The notes under the pieces are model-generated. The model worked only from the letters and a program-made list of their open reading frames with translations. It was not told the DNA's origin and made no database searches. Shown in pieces: positions 19,826-30,249 of a stretch of 64,000 bases of DNA (its first letter is position 1; each line of letters begins with the position of its first letter). The stretch is from Promethearchaeota archaeon (GTDB lineage: Archaea > Asgardarchaeota > Lokiarchaeia > Sigyniarchaeales > SOKP01): assembly GCA_048940925.1 (NCBI GenBank), contig JBHLOC010000026.1, forward strand, positions 9,569 through 73,568, read 5' to 3'. The translations under genes were made by a program, and so were the position numbers.

Positions 19826-21064
19826 ATGTTTTTAGATTTTTTTTTTTCCTTGAAAGCAATATTGAAGGTTAGTATTACAGAATTCATGACCTTATTGGAA
19901 GCACTCGATAAGGGATTAATAAAGAACACAGTTGATTTTTATTATATTTCTCGCTCGATTCTTTGTAAGAATGAACATTATTTTGATTTTTTTGACATAG
20001 CATTCGCTAATTATTTCAAAGATGCAGATTTAGATTTTCCTGAAGATATTAAACAAGAGTTATGGGAGTGGCTTCAAACAAATACATCAATTTTACGCTT
20101 ACCTGGTTCTTTGAAAGAATTTTTTGGGAATTTAAGTTTAAAAGAAATGGAAGAACAATTTAGGAAATTACTTAAAGAACAGGAGCAAGAACATAATTTT
20201 GGAAATAAGTGGATTGGTACTCAAGGAGAGTCAAAATTTGGACACTCGGGTTTAAATATAGATGGTTTAAGAATTGGTGGTAACTATGGTATTCATAGTG
20301 CTTTGAAAATTGCTCAGAAAAGGATTTTTAAGGATTATAGAAAAGATTTAGTAGTTGATACGCGACAAATAAAAATTGCTTTAAAACGACTAAAAAGATT
20401 AGATGAAATCGGTAAAAAAGATGAATTAGATCTCCCAAAAACCATCCATGAGACTGGACGTAATGGTGGTGACATTGAATTAATTTTTAATAAAAGGAAA
20501 AAAAATAATATTAAACTTTTACTTTTAATGGATGTTGGCGGAACAATGGACATCTATATACATCAGGTAAACCTCTTATTCTCCGCTGCTAATAACATAT
20601 CACATTGGAAGGTTTTTAAGTATTTTTACTTTCATAATTGTATATATAATTATTTGTATGATAATGCCAAGCGAAATATAGATCAAGCTATAGAATTCGA
20701 AGATTTATTAAAAAAATACGATGATTCTTATCGGGTAATAATAGTGGGGGATCAAACCATGCATCGGAGCGAATTAGTTAATCCTCATGGCGCTCTTTAT
20801 GATGATGTGAGTAGTAAAAAACCGGGAATATATTATCTCAACGAAATTGCAAAACATTATAAAAAAAATGTGATTTGGCTAAACCCTGAACCACTTAGAT
20901 TTGAATGGATGTCGTGGACCAAAATGAAAATCTCTAAAATCATTCCATCTTTCCCACTTACTATTCAAGGTATTGAAAAAGCTATGGATTACTTAAGAAC
21001 TGGTGGTAAAAATCAATACACTACAGTAGACCTACTTAAGGATGTACCTCTAGCGTTATTTTAA
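19826..21064 (+). CDS. VWA domain-containing CoxE-like protein
   Basis: G-x-KWIGT-x-G-x-S-x-FGHSG, LLMDVGGTMD, YFHNCIY, VGD, WLNP. Confidence 0.88.
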   Translation: MFLDFFFSLKAILKVSITEFMTLLEALDKGLIKNTVDFYYISRSILCKNEHYFDFFDIAFANYFKDADLDFPEDIKQELWEWLQTNTSILRLPGSLKEFFGNLSLKEMEEQFRKLLKEQEQEHNFGNKWIGTQGESKFGHSGLNIDGLRIGGNYGIHSALKIAQKRIFKDYRKDLVVDTRQIKIALKRLKRLDEIGKKDELDLPKTIHETGRNGGDIELIFNKRKKNNIKLLLLMDVGGTMDIYIHQVNLLFSAANNISHWKVFKYFYFHNCIYNYLYDNAKRNIDQAIEFEDLLKKYDDSYRVIIVGDQTMHRSELVNPHGALYDDVSSKKPGIYYLNEIAKHYKKNVIWLNPEPLRFEWMSWTKMKISKIIPSFPLTIQGIEKAMDYLRTGGKNQYTTVDLLKDVPLALF

Positions 21065-21074
21065 AAATTATGTA

Positions 21075-23033
21075 TTAATTGATAATTCTTATTACTCTTC
21101 TCTTTAAATAGACAATTACTCCAATAATAATAATGAGCGTTAAAAATAAGCAGATAGGATATCCTGCAATTTTTTTAGCATCTCCATCTTTTTTTATATC
21201 AGTAGAAGAGATTCCAAGTTGATCATCCTCAGAGAATTGCACAATAACATCATCAGTATAAAGTAATTCAATTTTTGTAGGAGTCTTTGAAAGACTATAT
21301 TTTAGGGTAGTTGTACCATTTATCCAAACTTGTTCTTTAAATAATTCATTTTGACGATGATATATAATTAAGGGAATTTTTTGAGAATAATAATAATCAT
21401 TCGCGTTTTCGTTTAAATCAGTAATCGTAATATTAATTTCTCGCATGTTTGAGTCAAAGTTGATCTCCTCGAAACTATATTTTGGTAAATATTCATTATT
21501 AAACCAAGGTAAAAAGTACCAATCCAGAGAATATCCTACAATAGATTCAAAGCATCTCTGTAAATCACTCAAAGTAGCAATTTCAAAATAGAATTCTTTC
21601 ACAAAATTATTTAATCCTATAAGAAAAGTATCCATGCCTATAAATCGTCTCAAATAATCGAATATTACTGGTGTCTTCTGATATGTTACATATACATAAT
21701 TACCAGAACCTGCTACAAAATCCCCAATTGATTGGTTGATTTTATTTGGTAAACCATTATTTAAATAATACTCCCTAACCGTTTCTAAATAATAGTGTGG
21801 GTTTAAAAGTTGCCACTCTGGGTGTTTCAAATCTCTATAATAATCGGTAATCCATATAGTTAACCCTTCGTCTAAGAAAGCCCAATCTACCTCATCATTT
21901 CCGACGAGCTGATAAAACCATTGATGACCTATTTCATGTACAATTACCATTTCAAGGTAGAAATCTGGTGCATAATTTGGCCAATATTTTATATTGTTGG
22001 CGATATAAACTTGGCAAGGATATTCCATTCCCCCAGCCCAACTGTATTCTTCAACAATATTAAGTGTATTATAAGGATAAATACCAAATGTGTTATTAAA
22101 AAGTTCTACTGTATCTTTCGCTAAATTCAAAGCTTCTAAACTCCACAACCAATCATCTTCTGGAAGAAAAAATGTCGAAATATTAACATTTTTAAACATT
22201 TCTGATTCTACTTCAAAATATTTAGATGCGGAAAATGTGACTTCACGAACTGGATAATGTGGATCATAATGAAGTATCTTTCTTGCTCCTATATATGAAA
22301 CGCTTAAAAGTTCACCAGTAGCAGCAACAATCATGTCATTAGGGACTTCAATATAAAAATCATAATAAGCCATATCAAAATAAAAAGGATCTCCATCGTG
22401 GTAATAAGGATCGACATTCCATCCATCATATTTGTCATAGACACAGGGCATTGGATAACTATTAGCAAATTTATAAATTCGGTTATTATCCGTATCTGTA
22501 CCATTTACATTAGAACGATCATAACCTCCATCGGGAAGGATAATATTAAATTCTATACTAAATTGTGCTCTTTCTCCTGGGATCAATGCACTTGACAGAG
22601 TTACCCACATTAGATGTTCCTCAGGAAGGACTTCATATTCTAGTTCTGTTTTGGGATTAGTTAAATTAGTAATATTGAAGATTTCAATATTTCCCGGTCG
22701 ATTATCATATCTCATCCCAAAAACATAAAGATGAAATGGTAATCTATCAAAGGTTGCTGGATCATTGTTGTAATAATCCACTGTTAGACTTCCTAAAATA
22801 CTGTCAGTTGTTTCATTTAAAATCACTGATAAAGTGTAATTTGAACATTTAAAATTGGTGAAATTCCCTTTCGAATATTGATCATAGTCGGAAAATTTGA
22901 GAGTTTGTGAGGTTATCATATGCTTATTCACATTTTTAATGCATGTAGGCTCATTATGAAATTGAACAAACATAGGTATTATAAAAAGACCTAATAAAGC
23001 AATAAAAATTGCTACAGGATTTTTATTTGCCAT
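21075..23033 (-). CDS. secreted M1-family metallopeptidase with Loki-CTERM-like anchor
   Basis: signal peptide; GGMEYP; HEIGHQWF...LDEG; C-terminal IAGY + TM helix + basic tail. Confidence 0.9.
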   Translation of the reverse strand: MANKNPVAIFIALLGLFIIPMFVQFHNEPTCIKNVNKHMITSQTLKFSDYDQYSKGNFTNFKCSNYTLSVILNETTDSILGSLTVDYYNNDPATFDRLPFHLYVFGMRYDNRPGNIEIFNITNLTNPKTELEYEVLPEEHLMWVTLSSALIPGERAQFSIEFNIILPDGGYDRSNVNGTDTDNNRIYKFANSYPMPCVYDKYDGWNVDPYYHDGDPFYFDMAYYDFYIEVPNDMIVAATGELLSVSYIGARKILHYDPHYPVREVTFSASKYFEVESEMFKNVNISTFFLPEDDWLWSLEALNLAKDTVELFNNTFGIYPYNTLNIVEEYSWAGGMEYPCQVYIANNIKYWPNYAPDFYLEMVIVHEIGHQWFYQLVGNDEVDWAFLDEGLTIWITDYYRDLKHPEWQLLNPHYYLETVREYYLNNGLPNKINQSIGDFVAGSGNYVYVTYQKTPVIFDYLRRFIGMDTFLIGLNNFVKEFYFEIATLSDLQRCFESIVGYSLDWYFLPWFNNEYLPKYSFEEINFDSNMREINITITDLNENANDYYYSQKIPLIIYHRQNELFKEQVWINGTTTLKYSLSKTPTKIELLYTDDVIVQFSEDDQLGISSTDIKKDGDAKKIAGYPICLFLTLIIIIGVIVYLKRRVIRIIN

Positions 23034-23268
23034 AATAAAAAAAAAAGATATTTTGACAATATTTATAGTTTGGCACTTGTCTAAGAACTATTATAGATTA
23101 GATGATACTTTTTTCTAAGTAAACCAAATAATATTCCTTAAAATCAAATGTATTCGTCTCAATATTGTTGAGACAATAATCTTCAAAATACAAACGTTTA
23201 AATAATGAAATATAATTATATATAATTATAATCAATTACAAATAATTAAAACATATCATTGATTTTAA

Positions 23269-23424
23269 ATGCCACATAATTGGGAAATTGGTAAAGAAGC
23301 AAAAGAATTAGATCAAAAATCTATATCAGAAAGAATTAAGATTGGAAAGCATTCTATCAAAAAGATCATTGGGGCATTATTAATTTATGGTTTTACCATG
23401 ACTTTATTCTATTTTTTTCTATAA
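23269..23424 (+). CDS. small single-TM protein upstream of TauE (51 aa, not in ORF track)
   Basis: MPHNWEIGKEAK...IIGALLIYGFTMTLFYFFL; ends 12 nt before the next ATG. Confidence 0.45.
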   Translation: MPHNWEIGKEAKELDQKSISERIKIGKHSIKKIIGALLIYGFTMTLFYFFL

Positions 23425-23436
23425 GGTCTGAAAAAT

Positions 23437-24225
23437 ATGGAATTGATCTTATCTATAATTATTTTAGCCTTTTTATTTGAATCTATGGATTCTATGGCAG
23501 GTATGGGGTTCGGTACTGCGTTATCCCCCTTATTATTTTTATTTGGATATAGTCCACTTCAAGTAGTTCCAACTATCTTAATTTCAGAGGCAATCACAGG
23601 GATAATCGATACTTTCTTTGATCATGAATTTAAGAATGTTCATTATTCTTTCCATCCTTTAAATGATGCCACTAAGATCACCTTAATAATGTCATTTTTT
23701 GGTGCTTTAGCTATATTCAACTCGGTTATAATGGTTTATATGGCAATAAGACTACCTGATTTCTTAATTAAAATCTATGTTGCTGTCCTCGTCATTTTTA
23801 TGGGAATTTCAGGATTAATCAGAATAAAATTAACTAAAATTAAGCAATCTAAGAGACATCTCAAATTGTTAATAGGATTTTCGGCTTTGGCAGGTTTTAA
23901 TAAGGGTATTGGGGGTGGTGGTTATGGTCCAGTAATAACTATGGGTCAAATATTTTCAGGTGTTTATGAAAAAAGTGCTACTGCTATAGTTTCATTTGCA
24001 GAATCACTAGTTTCTATTGTGGGTATTTTAACTTTCTTCCTTATCAGTTTTGCTGGTGTTAAAGTTGATTTGGTTCTTTTGCCCTCCCTATTTACAGGTG
24101 GATTTATTGCTGCTATTTTTGCCCCATATTTAGTAAGGGTATTCCCTAATAAAATCTGGAAATATTTTATACCTATTTATGCGTTTGGAATAGGTTTGTT
24201 TTCTTTATTAAATATATTACTATAA
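23437..24225 (+). CDS. sulfite exporter TauE/SafE family protein
   Basis: DSMAGMGFGTALSP; AGFNKGIGGGGYGP; about 8 TM. Confidence 0.9.
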   Translation: MELILSIIILAFLFESMDSMAGMGFGTALSPLLFLFGYSPLQVVPTILISEAITGIIDTFFDHEFKNVHYSFHPLNDATKITLIMSFFGALAIFNSVIMVYMAIRLPDFLIKIYVAVLVIFMGISGLIRIKLTKIKQSKRHLKLLIGFSALAGFNKGIGGGGYGPVITMGQIFSGVYEKSATAIVSFAESLVSIVGILTFFLISFAGVKVDLVLLPSLFTGGFIAAIFAPYLVRVFPNKIWKYFIPIYAFGIGLFSLLNILL

Positions 24226-24299
24226 TAATAATCTTTGAATTTCAAATAATGGTAAAAAATGGTTTTAAATTAACTTAATGATCCTTTTTAGAACTCAAT

Positions 24300-24488
24300 C
24301 TATTCAATCGTGATTTTAATATTTTTCTCGATATTATGACCTATATTTTTTTCAATAATTTTATTTTGTAAGCCTTCTAAAAATTTATCTATCTTTTTCT
24401 TGTATCGCCACTGAATAGCAGCTATTTTGAAATCCTCTTTTAAACTTAAATTTTCAATATAAAACCTATTTTCTTTTCCTAATTTCAT
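24300..24488 (-). CDS. hypothetical protein
   Basis: 62-aa ORF with a plausible RBS, co-oriented downstream of the Usp gene. Confidence 0.4.
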   Translation of the reverse strand: MKLGKENRFYIENLSLKEDFKIAAIQWRYKKKIDKFLEGLQNKIIEKNIGHNIEKNIKITIE

Positions 24489-24572
24489 TTTATATTCCTA
24501 TCACTTCTTTATCTAAATACTTTCATCTTAAATATTCTTTTAAAACTCTACAAATTCTTTATGTCTAATAAC

Positions 24573-25022
24573 TTATCTTATGATTAAAACATCGCAAGGG
24601 GTATTTTTTAATATTTTTAACGATCGAGTCCCAAGAAATGATTTTTTCAATTTAGAATGATGCCCATTACACCCTAAGATAACAAGATCAAATTCTTCTT
24701 CTTCTACTGTCTTTTTAATATAATCCTCAGGGGTATAATCTTCAATTAGTCGAGATTCTACGGAGATATGTGATCTGTCAAAGATTTTCTTAGTTTCTTT
24801 TAATATTTCTTTCCCTAATTCTTTACGAGAATCCTCGGTAATTGTATAATTATTGGATAGAAGATTGTTTTCAGGATAAAATATTGAGGGATATTTATTA
24901 TGTTTCAATGAATGGAACATCACTATCTTGGAATCCCAATCTTTTTGAAAATCAACAATTTGCTTAGCTGCATTGTCTGAATAGGCTGAACCGTCAGTAG
25001 CAAATAAGATTTTCTTATATAT
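24573..25022 (-). CDS. universal stress protein (UspA family), ATA start
   Basis: frame extends to (M)YKKILFATDGS; DLVILG-x2-G...LG...PCDVLIIR; RBS GAGGTGG 5 nt before ATA, which directly follows an in-frame TAA. Confidence 0.9.
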   Translation of the reverse strand: MYKKILFATDGSAYSDNAAKQIVDFQKDWDSKIVMFHSLKHNKYPSIFYPENNLLSNNYTITEDSRKELGKEILKETKKIFDRSHISVESRLIEDYTPEDYIKKTVEEEEFDLVILGCNGHHSKLKKSFLGTRSLKILKNTPCDVLIIR

Positions 25023-25032
25023 TTAAACCACC

Positions 25033-25617
25033 TCATACTTTTTGTTTAAATAAAAAATTTAATTCATTTTTTTCATAAGGGTATTTTAATGAATTAAAAT
25101 AGTTTTCACAAATTTTTATTAAGTTATTTCTTATGTTTTCTTTAACAATATCTGCCCTTTTGATGATTTCTTTTATCTTGGGAGATATAATCAAATTTTC
25201 TTTTAAAATTTCTGACTCTATAATTTGATTTAAGGAAGGACTAAAATTTTTTTTAACCGTTTTCATTAAAATATTGAGTAAATCAGATCCATAAATGTCA
25301 AATTCTCTTGGCAAGACAATAATAATAACTATTTTATCAAAATTCTCTTCCTTGATTCTTGGCTTTCTTTTTTTTCGTTCTAAAAAAATTTTAAATTTTT
25401 TTGCGAAATAAACTTTTTCATTATAAACTAAATTAACTTGCTCAAAACCTCTTAGATTTTCTGAATTAAGAAACCAGATTGGATGAAATTTTATTGGACG
25501 TATTTGATTTTCATTCTTTTCAATAAATTCGTTTGAAAAAATTAAAATTGGAATTAATCCTTTAATTTCATTAAAGTGTAATATATAAATCTGGCAAAAT
25601 TCTGAGAGTAAAGCCAA
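25033..25617 (-). CDS. hypothetical protein, possibly longin/uDENN-like fold
   Basis: N-terminal ILHFNEIKGLIPILIF hairpin resembles longin/uDENN starts; fold is tentative. Confidence 0.5.
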   Translation of the reverse strand: MALLSEFCQIYILHFNEIKGLIPILIFSNEFIEKNENQIRPIKFHPIWFLNSENLRGFEQVNLVYNEKVYFAKKFKIFLERKKRKPRIKEENFDKIVIIIVLPREFDIYGSDLLNILMKTVKKNFSPSLNQIIESEILKENLIISPKIKEIIKRADIVKENIRNNLIKICENYFNSLKYPYEKNELNFLFKQKV

Positions 25618-26027
25618 ATTACAACCTTCACTTATTTATTTTTTTATAAGATTTTTATTAATTTTGATAATATATTTTAATAAAATGTATTTATTTTGTT
25701 TGTATTCACAAATATTATATACAACTTTGAATATATAAGATTTATGAAACCAGTCGCTTTATTATTGATAAACGATAAATCATGCAAAAATAATCATCTA
25801 ATCACACAATATAACCAAAAAAATTATAGAAATTGTAAGAAATAATCTAATATGATCATAGAAATATTGCATTTTTCCTATTTTTCTTTTTTAAATTAGA
25901 TTTAATATAATATGCTGGATAAAAAAAAGCTATAATTTATTATATCAAACAATTTACGAGTAACTAGATTAATAAACGGAAAATATCTATTCTTATCTCC
26001 AATTTTATACAATATCTTATGAAAAGG

Positions 26028-26357
26028 TCATATTTGCTTAATTACTTCTTTCAAAATAAATTCATTGAAGGCTCCAATCATTACACCTTTATTCACAAAA
26101 ATCTCCCCATTTAATTCAATGTTTTTATGTAAAAGTTTACCATTTTTAAAGAAAATTAATGCAGGTATTGCCTTTATATTTAAAACTTTAGTTAATTTAC
26201 TATTGTCACCTATATCTATTTCTCTTAAGTTTATAATACCTTTATCCCTAAACTTTTCTAATATTGTAGAAAGTAATGTACAGGATTTACACCACTTAGA
26301 ACATAACACAATTAAATATAAACCTTCATTAGGAATATAGATTCCATACTTTTTCAA
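26028..26357 (-). CDS. thioredoxin-family protein
   Basis: WCKSC active site; IPALIFFKNG. Confidence 0.85.
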   Translation of the reverse strand: MKKYGIYIPNEGLYLIVLCSKWCKSCTLLSTILEKFRDKGIINLREIDIGDNSKLTKVLNIKAIPALIFFKNGKLLHKNIELNGEIFVNKGVMIGAFNEFILKEVIKQI

Positions 26358-26568
26358 AAATTTTTCTTTAATATAATAACCTCTATTTCTTATTATTGAG
26401 TAATTTTGATATTGAGATTGATTTTAGGACTAATATCTTACAATATGAAACTAAACTACTCTTATTCTATGATTTGAAAAATTACATTTAGATAAAGTTT
26501 TAATTTTTCATTGATTCCCCTTTAATACATTTAGATTTCAATTTTTTTCAATTGTCTAATGATTAAGC

Positions 26569-26760
26569 TCAATGCTTTAACTTCGCGAAGCAGTCTTCAC
26601 AAAAAAAAATCCTTCGCATTTTTGTTGCATCCCACACCATATGACCTGACTTATGTTTCGTCTCACAACCCCAACACACTTTATTCACTTTGGTATCGAC
26701 AAAGTATTCATTATTCGCATGATATGTGTCATCTTTTATTATTTCTTTATAACTCCTCAA
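26569..26760 (-). CDS. small zinc-finger protein
   Basis: CWGC...FFCEDC; preceded by a copy of the 20-bp palindrome. Confidence 0.65.
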   Translation of the reverse strand: MRSYKEIIKDDTYHANNEYFVDTKVNKVCWGCETKHKSGHMVWDATKMRRIFFCEDCFAKLKH

Positions 26761-26786
26761 TTTTCAATACGTCACTGTTATATTAA

Positions 26787-26806
26787 TTTTGAATTATTAT
26801 TCATAA
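26787..26806. promoter_or_regulatory. 20-bp palindromic operator (consensus TTATGAATAATTATTCATAA)
   Basis: TTTTGAATTATTATTCATAA, 18/20 match. Confidence 0.65.
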
Positions 26807-27194
26807 TACATATTAAAATATAGCCATTTTTATTTAAGCTTTTTGAATAAATTTCAGTTTTGGATTTTTATACTACAATAAATTTAATTTATTTTTGTGC
26901 TTAAAAGTAATTAATTTTGAATAAATTATTATATCGAATATTGTATGAAAAATTTAAAAATTATAATATTTATTCAACATGAAAAAGATTTTATGTTGAA
27001 AATACAATTAATCACAATACTACATAAAATGTAGTGATATATGATCAATCATGGAATTTGACTAGCAGTTTTTTTAAACATCACCTATATGAATAATTAA
27101 TTTGAAAATATTGTCAAATTTTTGTTTTAAATTGTTTTGAAACCATTAATACTCGGAATCTAAATCTTCTCTTATATAATCACTTAACAATAGG

Positions 27195-27214
27195 TTATGA
27201 ATGATTATTCATAA
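27195..27214. promoter_or_regulatory. 20-bp palindromic operator
   Basis: TTATGAATGATTATTCATAA, 3 nt upstream of TTAAATA, before the NifB/NifX gene. Confidence 0.8.
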
Positions 27215-27269
27215 GAGTTAAATATAATTAATAATTTTAAACCATAATATAAAATTTTAATAAAAAAGA

Positions 27270-27665
27270 ATGAGTGTAGGACATATGAATCGAATAATTG
27301 GAATTCCATCTGATGGACCTGAAATATCTGACAATATATCACCTCATTTCGGACATTGTAACTATTTCATTGGAATCGAAATATCAGATGGCAATCAGTT
27401 TAAAAAAGCTTTTAGCCTACCTAACAATGGCCATTCTGGGTGCATGGAACCTGTTATTAACATGAAACAAAGAAATGTGACTGATATGATATTAACGGGT
27501 ATTGGAATGCGTCCATTCATGGGTTTTCAACAAGTTAATATAAATTTATATCAAGGAGTTAATGGAAGTATTGAACAAAATATTAAAATGCTATTAGAAG
27601 GAAAGCTTAGATCACTAAACGACGCTAGCTGTGGAAATAACTCGGATCATGCCCATACTCATTAA
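27270..27665 (+). CDS. NifB/NifX (dinitrogenase FeMo-cofactor biosynthesis domain) family protein
   Basis: ISPHFGHCNYF, GIGMRP, C-terminal C...HAHTH. Confidence 0.9.
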   Translation: MSVGHMNRIIGIPSDGPEISDNISPHFGHCNYFIGIEISDGNQFKKAFSLPNNGHSGCMEPVINMKQRNVTDMILTGIGMRPFMGFQQVNINLYQGVNGSIEQNIKMLLEGKLRSLNDASCGNNSDHAHTH

Positions 27666-27707
27666 ATTATAATATAAATTAATTTTGATAGAGAAAGATG
27701 AATAAGG

Positions 27708-28217
27708 ATGCCAAGTTTTAAAGAAACCTATGATGCCATAAAGGCAGATTGGAACGCTGGTGAAAAGAATTTTAATATTGAATGTGAAATGTTACAAGAG
27801 GGCATGCAAGTTAAATGTATAATGGGTAATCCTGGGGGAGACCCTTTTGAATTACTTATTGATGCCCCTGGAGGATTAGATGGTTCTAATCAGGGACCAT
27901 CACCATTATTAGTTATTTTGTCCTCTATTGGTGCTTGTATTATTGCTGTCACTAAATTCTGGGCTAAAATAATGGATATAAACATCGAAGAATTGAAAGT
28001 TTTTTCACGCGGCCATATAAATTTAGGTGCAATCTTTGGAATCGATGATTCAAAAATAGCAGGCTATGATAAACTTGAACCTGTTATTAGGATCAAAGCA
28101 GATGCTTCAGAAGAAAAGATTAACGAATTAATGGAAAAGGTATTTACTCATTGCCCTGTTATTACCAATTTTGGTGGAGCTTCTAAAATTCAGCCAAAAG
28201 TCCAAATTAGAAAATAA
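27708..28217 (+). CDS. OsmC family protein
   Basis: DAPGGLDG-x2-QGPSP...GAC ... HCPV (two conserved Cys). Confidence 0.88.
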   Translation: MPSFKETYDAIKADWNAGEKNFNIECEMLQEGMQVKCIMGNPGGDPFELLIDAPGGLDGSNQGPSPLLVILSSIGACIIAVTKFWAKIMDINIEELKVFSRGHINLGAIFGIDDSKIAGYDKLEPVIRIKADASEEKINELMEKVFTHCPVITNFGGASKIQPKVQIRK

Positions 28218-28296
28218 ACAATATTCCCTTTTTTTTTTGTATTATTTAAAAGTGCAAACTAATTCTTTAAATTAATATTTCTTCTAAGAATTTATC

Positions 28297-28719
28297 ATGG
28301 AAAATGAAAAATTATTTCCAATATACATAAATCCAAATTTATGCGTACGATGTCAACGATGTATGTATAGTTGTTCGAATAAAGCTATTTTTTTTAAAAA
28401 TTCACTTCGATATGTGAATTACAATAAATGTCAAGGATGTTTAAAATGTGTGGATGTTTGTGAGCATGGTGCTATTGAAGTTATATCCGTTAAGGCAGGG
28501 AAATTGGTGGGGTTTCATATTGACCATGAAAAATGCAGGTTATGTAAACTCTGTATAAATGAGGATTTTTGTTTTCAAAATTTATTTTTGCTTAAAAAAA
28601 ACAAAGAAACAGGAGAAGAAAGGATAAAATTTCAAGATGGAGATTTCCAAAAATGTTCACAGTGTTTAAAATGTTTTAAAGAGTGCCCCTACAATGCTAT
28701 TCTACCAGAATTTATTTAA
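28297..28719 (+). CDS. polyferredoxin (four [4Fe-4S] motifs)
   Basis: CVRCQRC-x3-C, CQGCLKC-x3-C, CRLCKLC, CSQCLKC-x3-CP. Confidence 0.9.
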   Translation: MENEKLFPIYINPNLCVRCQRCMYSCSNKAIFFKNSLRYVNYNKCQGCLKCVDVCEHGAIEVISVKAGKLVGFHIDHEKCRLCKLCINEDFCFQNLFLLKKNKETGEERIKFQDGDFQKCSQCLKCFKECPYNAILPEFI

Positions 28720-28894
28720 TATCACAAAAATAAACATCTTTAGTTTCTTACATGAAGATTGTTAATATATTTAAAAAAAATGATATTAAGATTAAATTCA
28801 AGAAAAAAATAAAAAAAGTATTTATTAGACTGAATTTATGATATGTAATTGATATAAAATTAATTGAGCAAATAATAGAAAAAAGGTGAGTGTA

Positions 28895-29092
28895 TTGAGC
28901 CAAAGAGGCCAGAGAGGTGGTGGTAGAAGAGGACAGAGTGGCGGGAGAGGTAGAATGGGTGGCTCTAAAGCTGCTGGTCCAGATGGTCAATGTATATGTC
29001 CTAATTGTAATACAATTATTTCTCATCAAGCAGGTATTCCTTGTTATAATCAAACATGCCCGAAATGTGGAGCTAAAATGACTAGAAAATAA
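28895..29092 (+). CDS. small RGG-rich zinc-ribbon protein
   Basis: TTG start after AGGTGA; RGGGRRG...GPDG-x-CICPNC...H-x2-G-x-PC-x4-CPKCG. Confidence 0.85.
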   Translation: MSQRGQRGGGRRGQSGGRGRMGGSKAAGPDGQCICPNCNTIISHQAGIPCYNQTCPKCGAKMTRK

Positions 29093-29115
29093 ATAAAAAT
29101 ATGAAACCTTCTATA

Positions 29116-29223
29116 CCTCAAAAATATTTCACCAATCAAATAAGAATATTTTGATTCTTCTATATTTAATTCTATAAATTTTGCTCATTTTTCTTTTGCG
29201 ATAAAAGGGATATTAGATATAGG
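29116..29223 (-). pseudogene. relic of a sirtuin (Sir2/CobB) C-terminus
   Basis: PISNIPFIAKEK*AKFIELNIEESKYSYLIGEIFLR matches the P-x3-IP-x2-AK-x2-GA-x2-IE-x-N pattern; internal stop. Confidence 0.55.
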
Positions 29224-29269
29224 TTTTTATTGTTGTGGTACTGCATAAACCTTTTTTAAAAAAAGGAAA

Positions 29270-29617
29270 GTAAAATTATTATTCTCTATATTCCATTTAT
29301 TATTTAAATTAACTGAGGAATATAATTAAAATTGAAGAGCAAAGACAGAATATGTAAATGGTATCCTGTTTGCCCAATTAAATATTTTGTTGATCATGGG
29401 AAACTTGACCGAAAATGGGTTGAAATTTATTGTTTAATTGGAAATAAAGAGTGTATCAGATATAAATTAGAAGAAAGTGGAAAATATCATCCTGATAATA
29501 TGTTACCTAATGGTGAAATTAAGAATGATCTTTATTACTAGTTTATCTATTAATATGATTCTGATCATTTAATATAAATAGAATATAATCTTGAAAAGAA
29601 AACTCAAGATTAAATTC
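29270..29617 (+). repeat. direct repeat, copy 1 (contains the intact Cys-rich small gene)
   Basis: aligns with about 37395-37703 (aactgaggaat, ttgatcatgggaaacttgac, aattggaaataaagagtgtat, gaatataatctt). Confidence 0.85.
29332..29541 (+). CDS. small Cys-rich protein (CKW-x3-CP...YC...C-x-RY...HPD-x-MLP-x-G family)
   Basis: 69-aa ORF with four Cys and RBS GAGGA. Confidence 0.75.
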   Translation: MKSKDRICKWYPVCPIKYFVDHGKLDRKWVEIYCLIGNKECIRYKLEESGKYHPDNMLPNGEIKNDLYY

Positions 29618-29960
29618 AGCACGATTTATGTCTGCCTACATAAATCTTTTTGCAATTTCAATAGCTCTTATTTTAGTCTTTACACTAACAAATGAATAAT
29701 GCTCACGCAAAATAATCATATGGAAGAATTATGGATTTAATCCAGCTCCAACTATAAGAACTCTGTATGTTAATTCATGGATTTTTTTTGTGTATACTGT
29801 AAGCATAAATCGATTTAAGTTTTGCTCTGCGATGTCATCTTTAATAATCTTTTGCCTGGGATCGCTGCATGTAAAATCATTACATTTTGCTATCATCAAA
29901 TTCGATAACGTTTCTGCAAAATCTCTAATAACATTGCAATCAACAATCCTCAGACAGTAT
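29612..29960 (-). pseudogene. hdrA: hdrA N-terminal fragment, degraded
   Basis: DC...NDFTCSDPRQKIIKDDI...IHELTYR...AGLNP*FFHMIILREH...RFM*ADINRA aligns with the HdrA at 55244; stops and lost Cys. Confidence 0.85.
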
Positions 29961-30112
29961 TTTATGTATATTGTAATTTCGAGTAAAATATATTCGCAAT
30001 CTTCAAACACATTCACTTCTGAGAAATTTAATTTTATATCTTGAGTATTATAAATTAAAATAAGAATGATTAAAATGTCTAATTGAATAAGCTTCACTAA
30101 AATCTCATCTCA

Positions 30113-30248
30113 TCGAACCTACTTCGCTTTTATATGTTAATAGTGAAAATTTATTCGACATATTTATAAATATTAAGTTACATATATAAAATGAAGAGAT
30201 AGTATATATTGGAAAATTACAAATAAAATTAAATCGAATTTTATTCGA
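30113..30248 (+). promoter_or_regulatory. gdhA promoter with three NCGAA-N5-TTCGN sites (30113, 30144, 30234) and TATA box (30163)
   Basis: TCGAACCTACTTCGC, TGAAAATTTATTCGA, TTTATAAA, TCGAATTTTATTCGA. Confidence 0.7.
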
Positions 30249-30249
30249 A

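Noticed and set aside
29729-30097. 122-aa ORF as a functional gene
   Set aside because: The 5' part is non-coding-like and the 3' part is decayed hdrA that continues through stops
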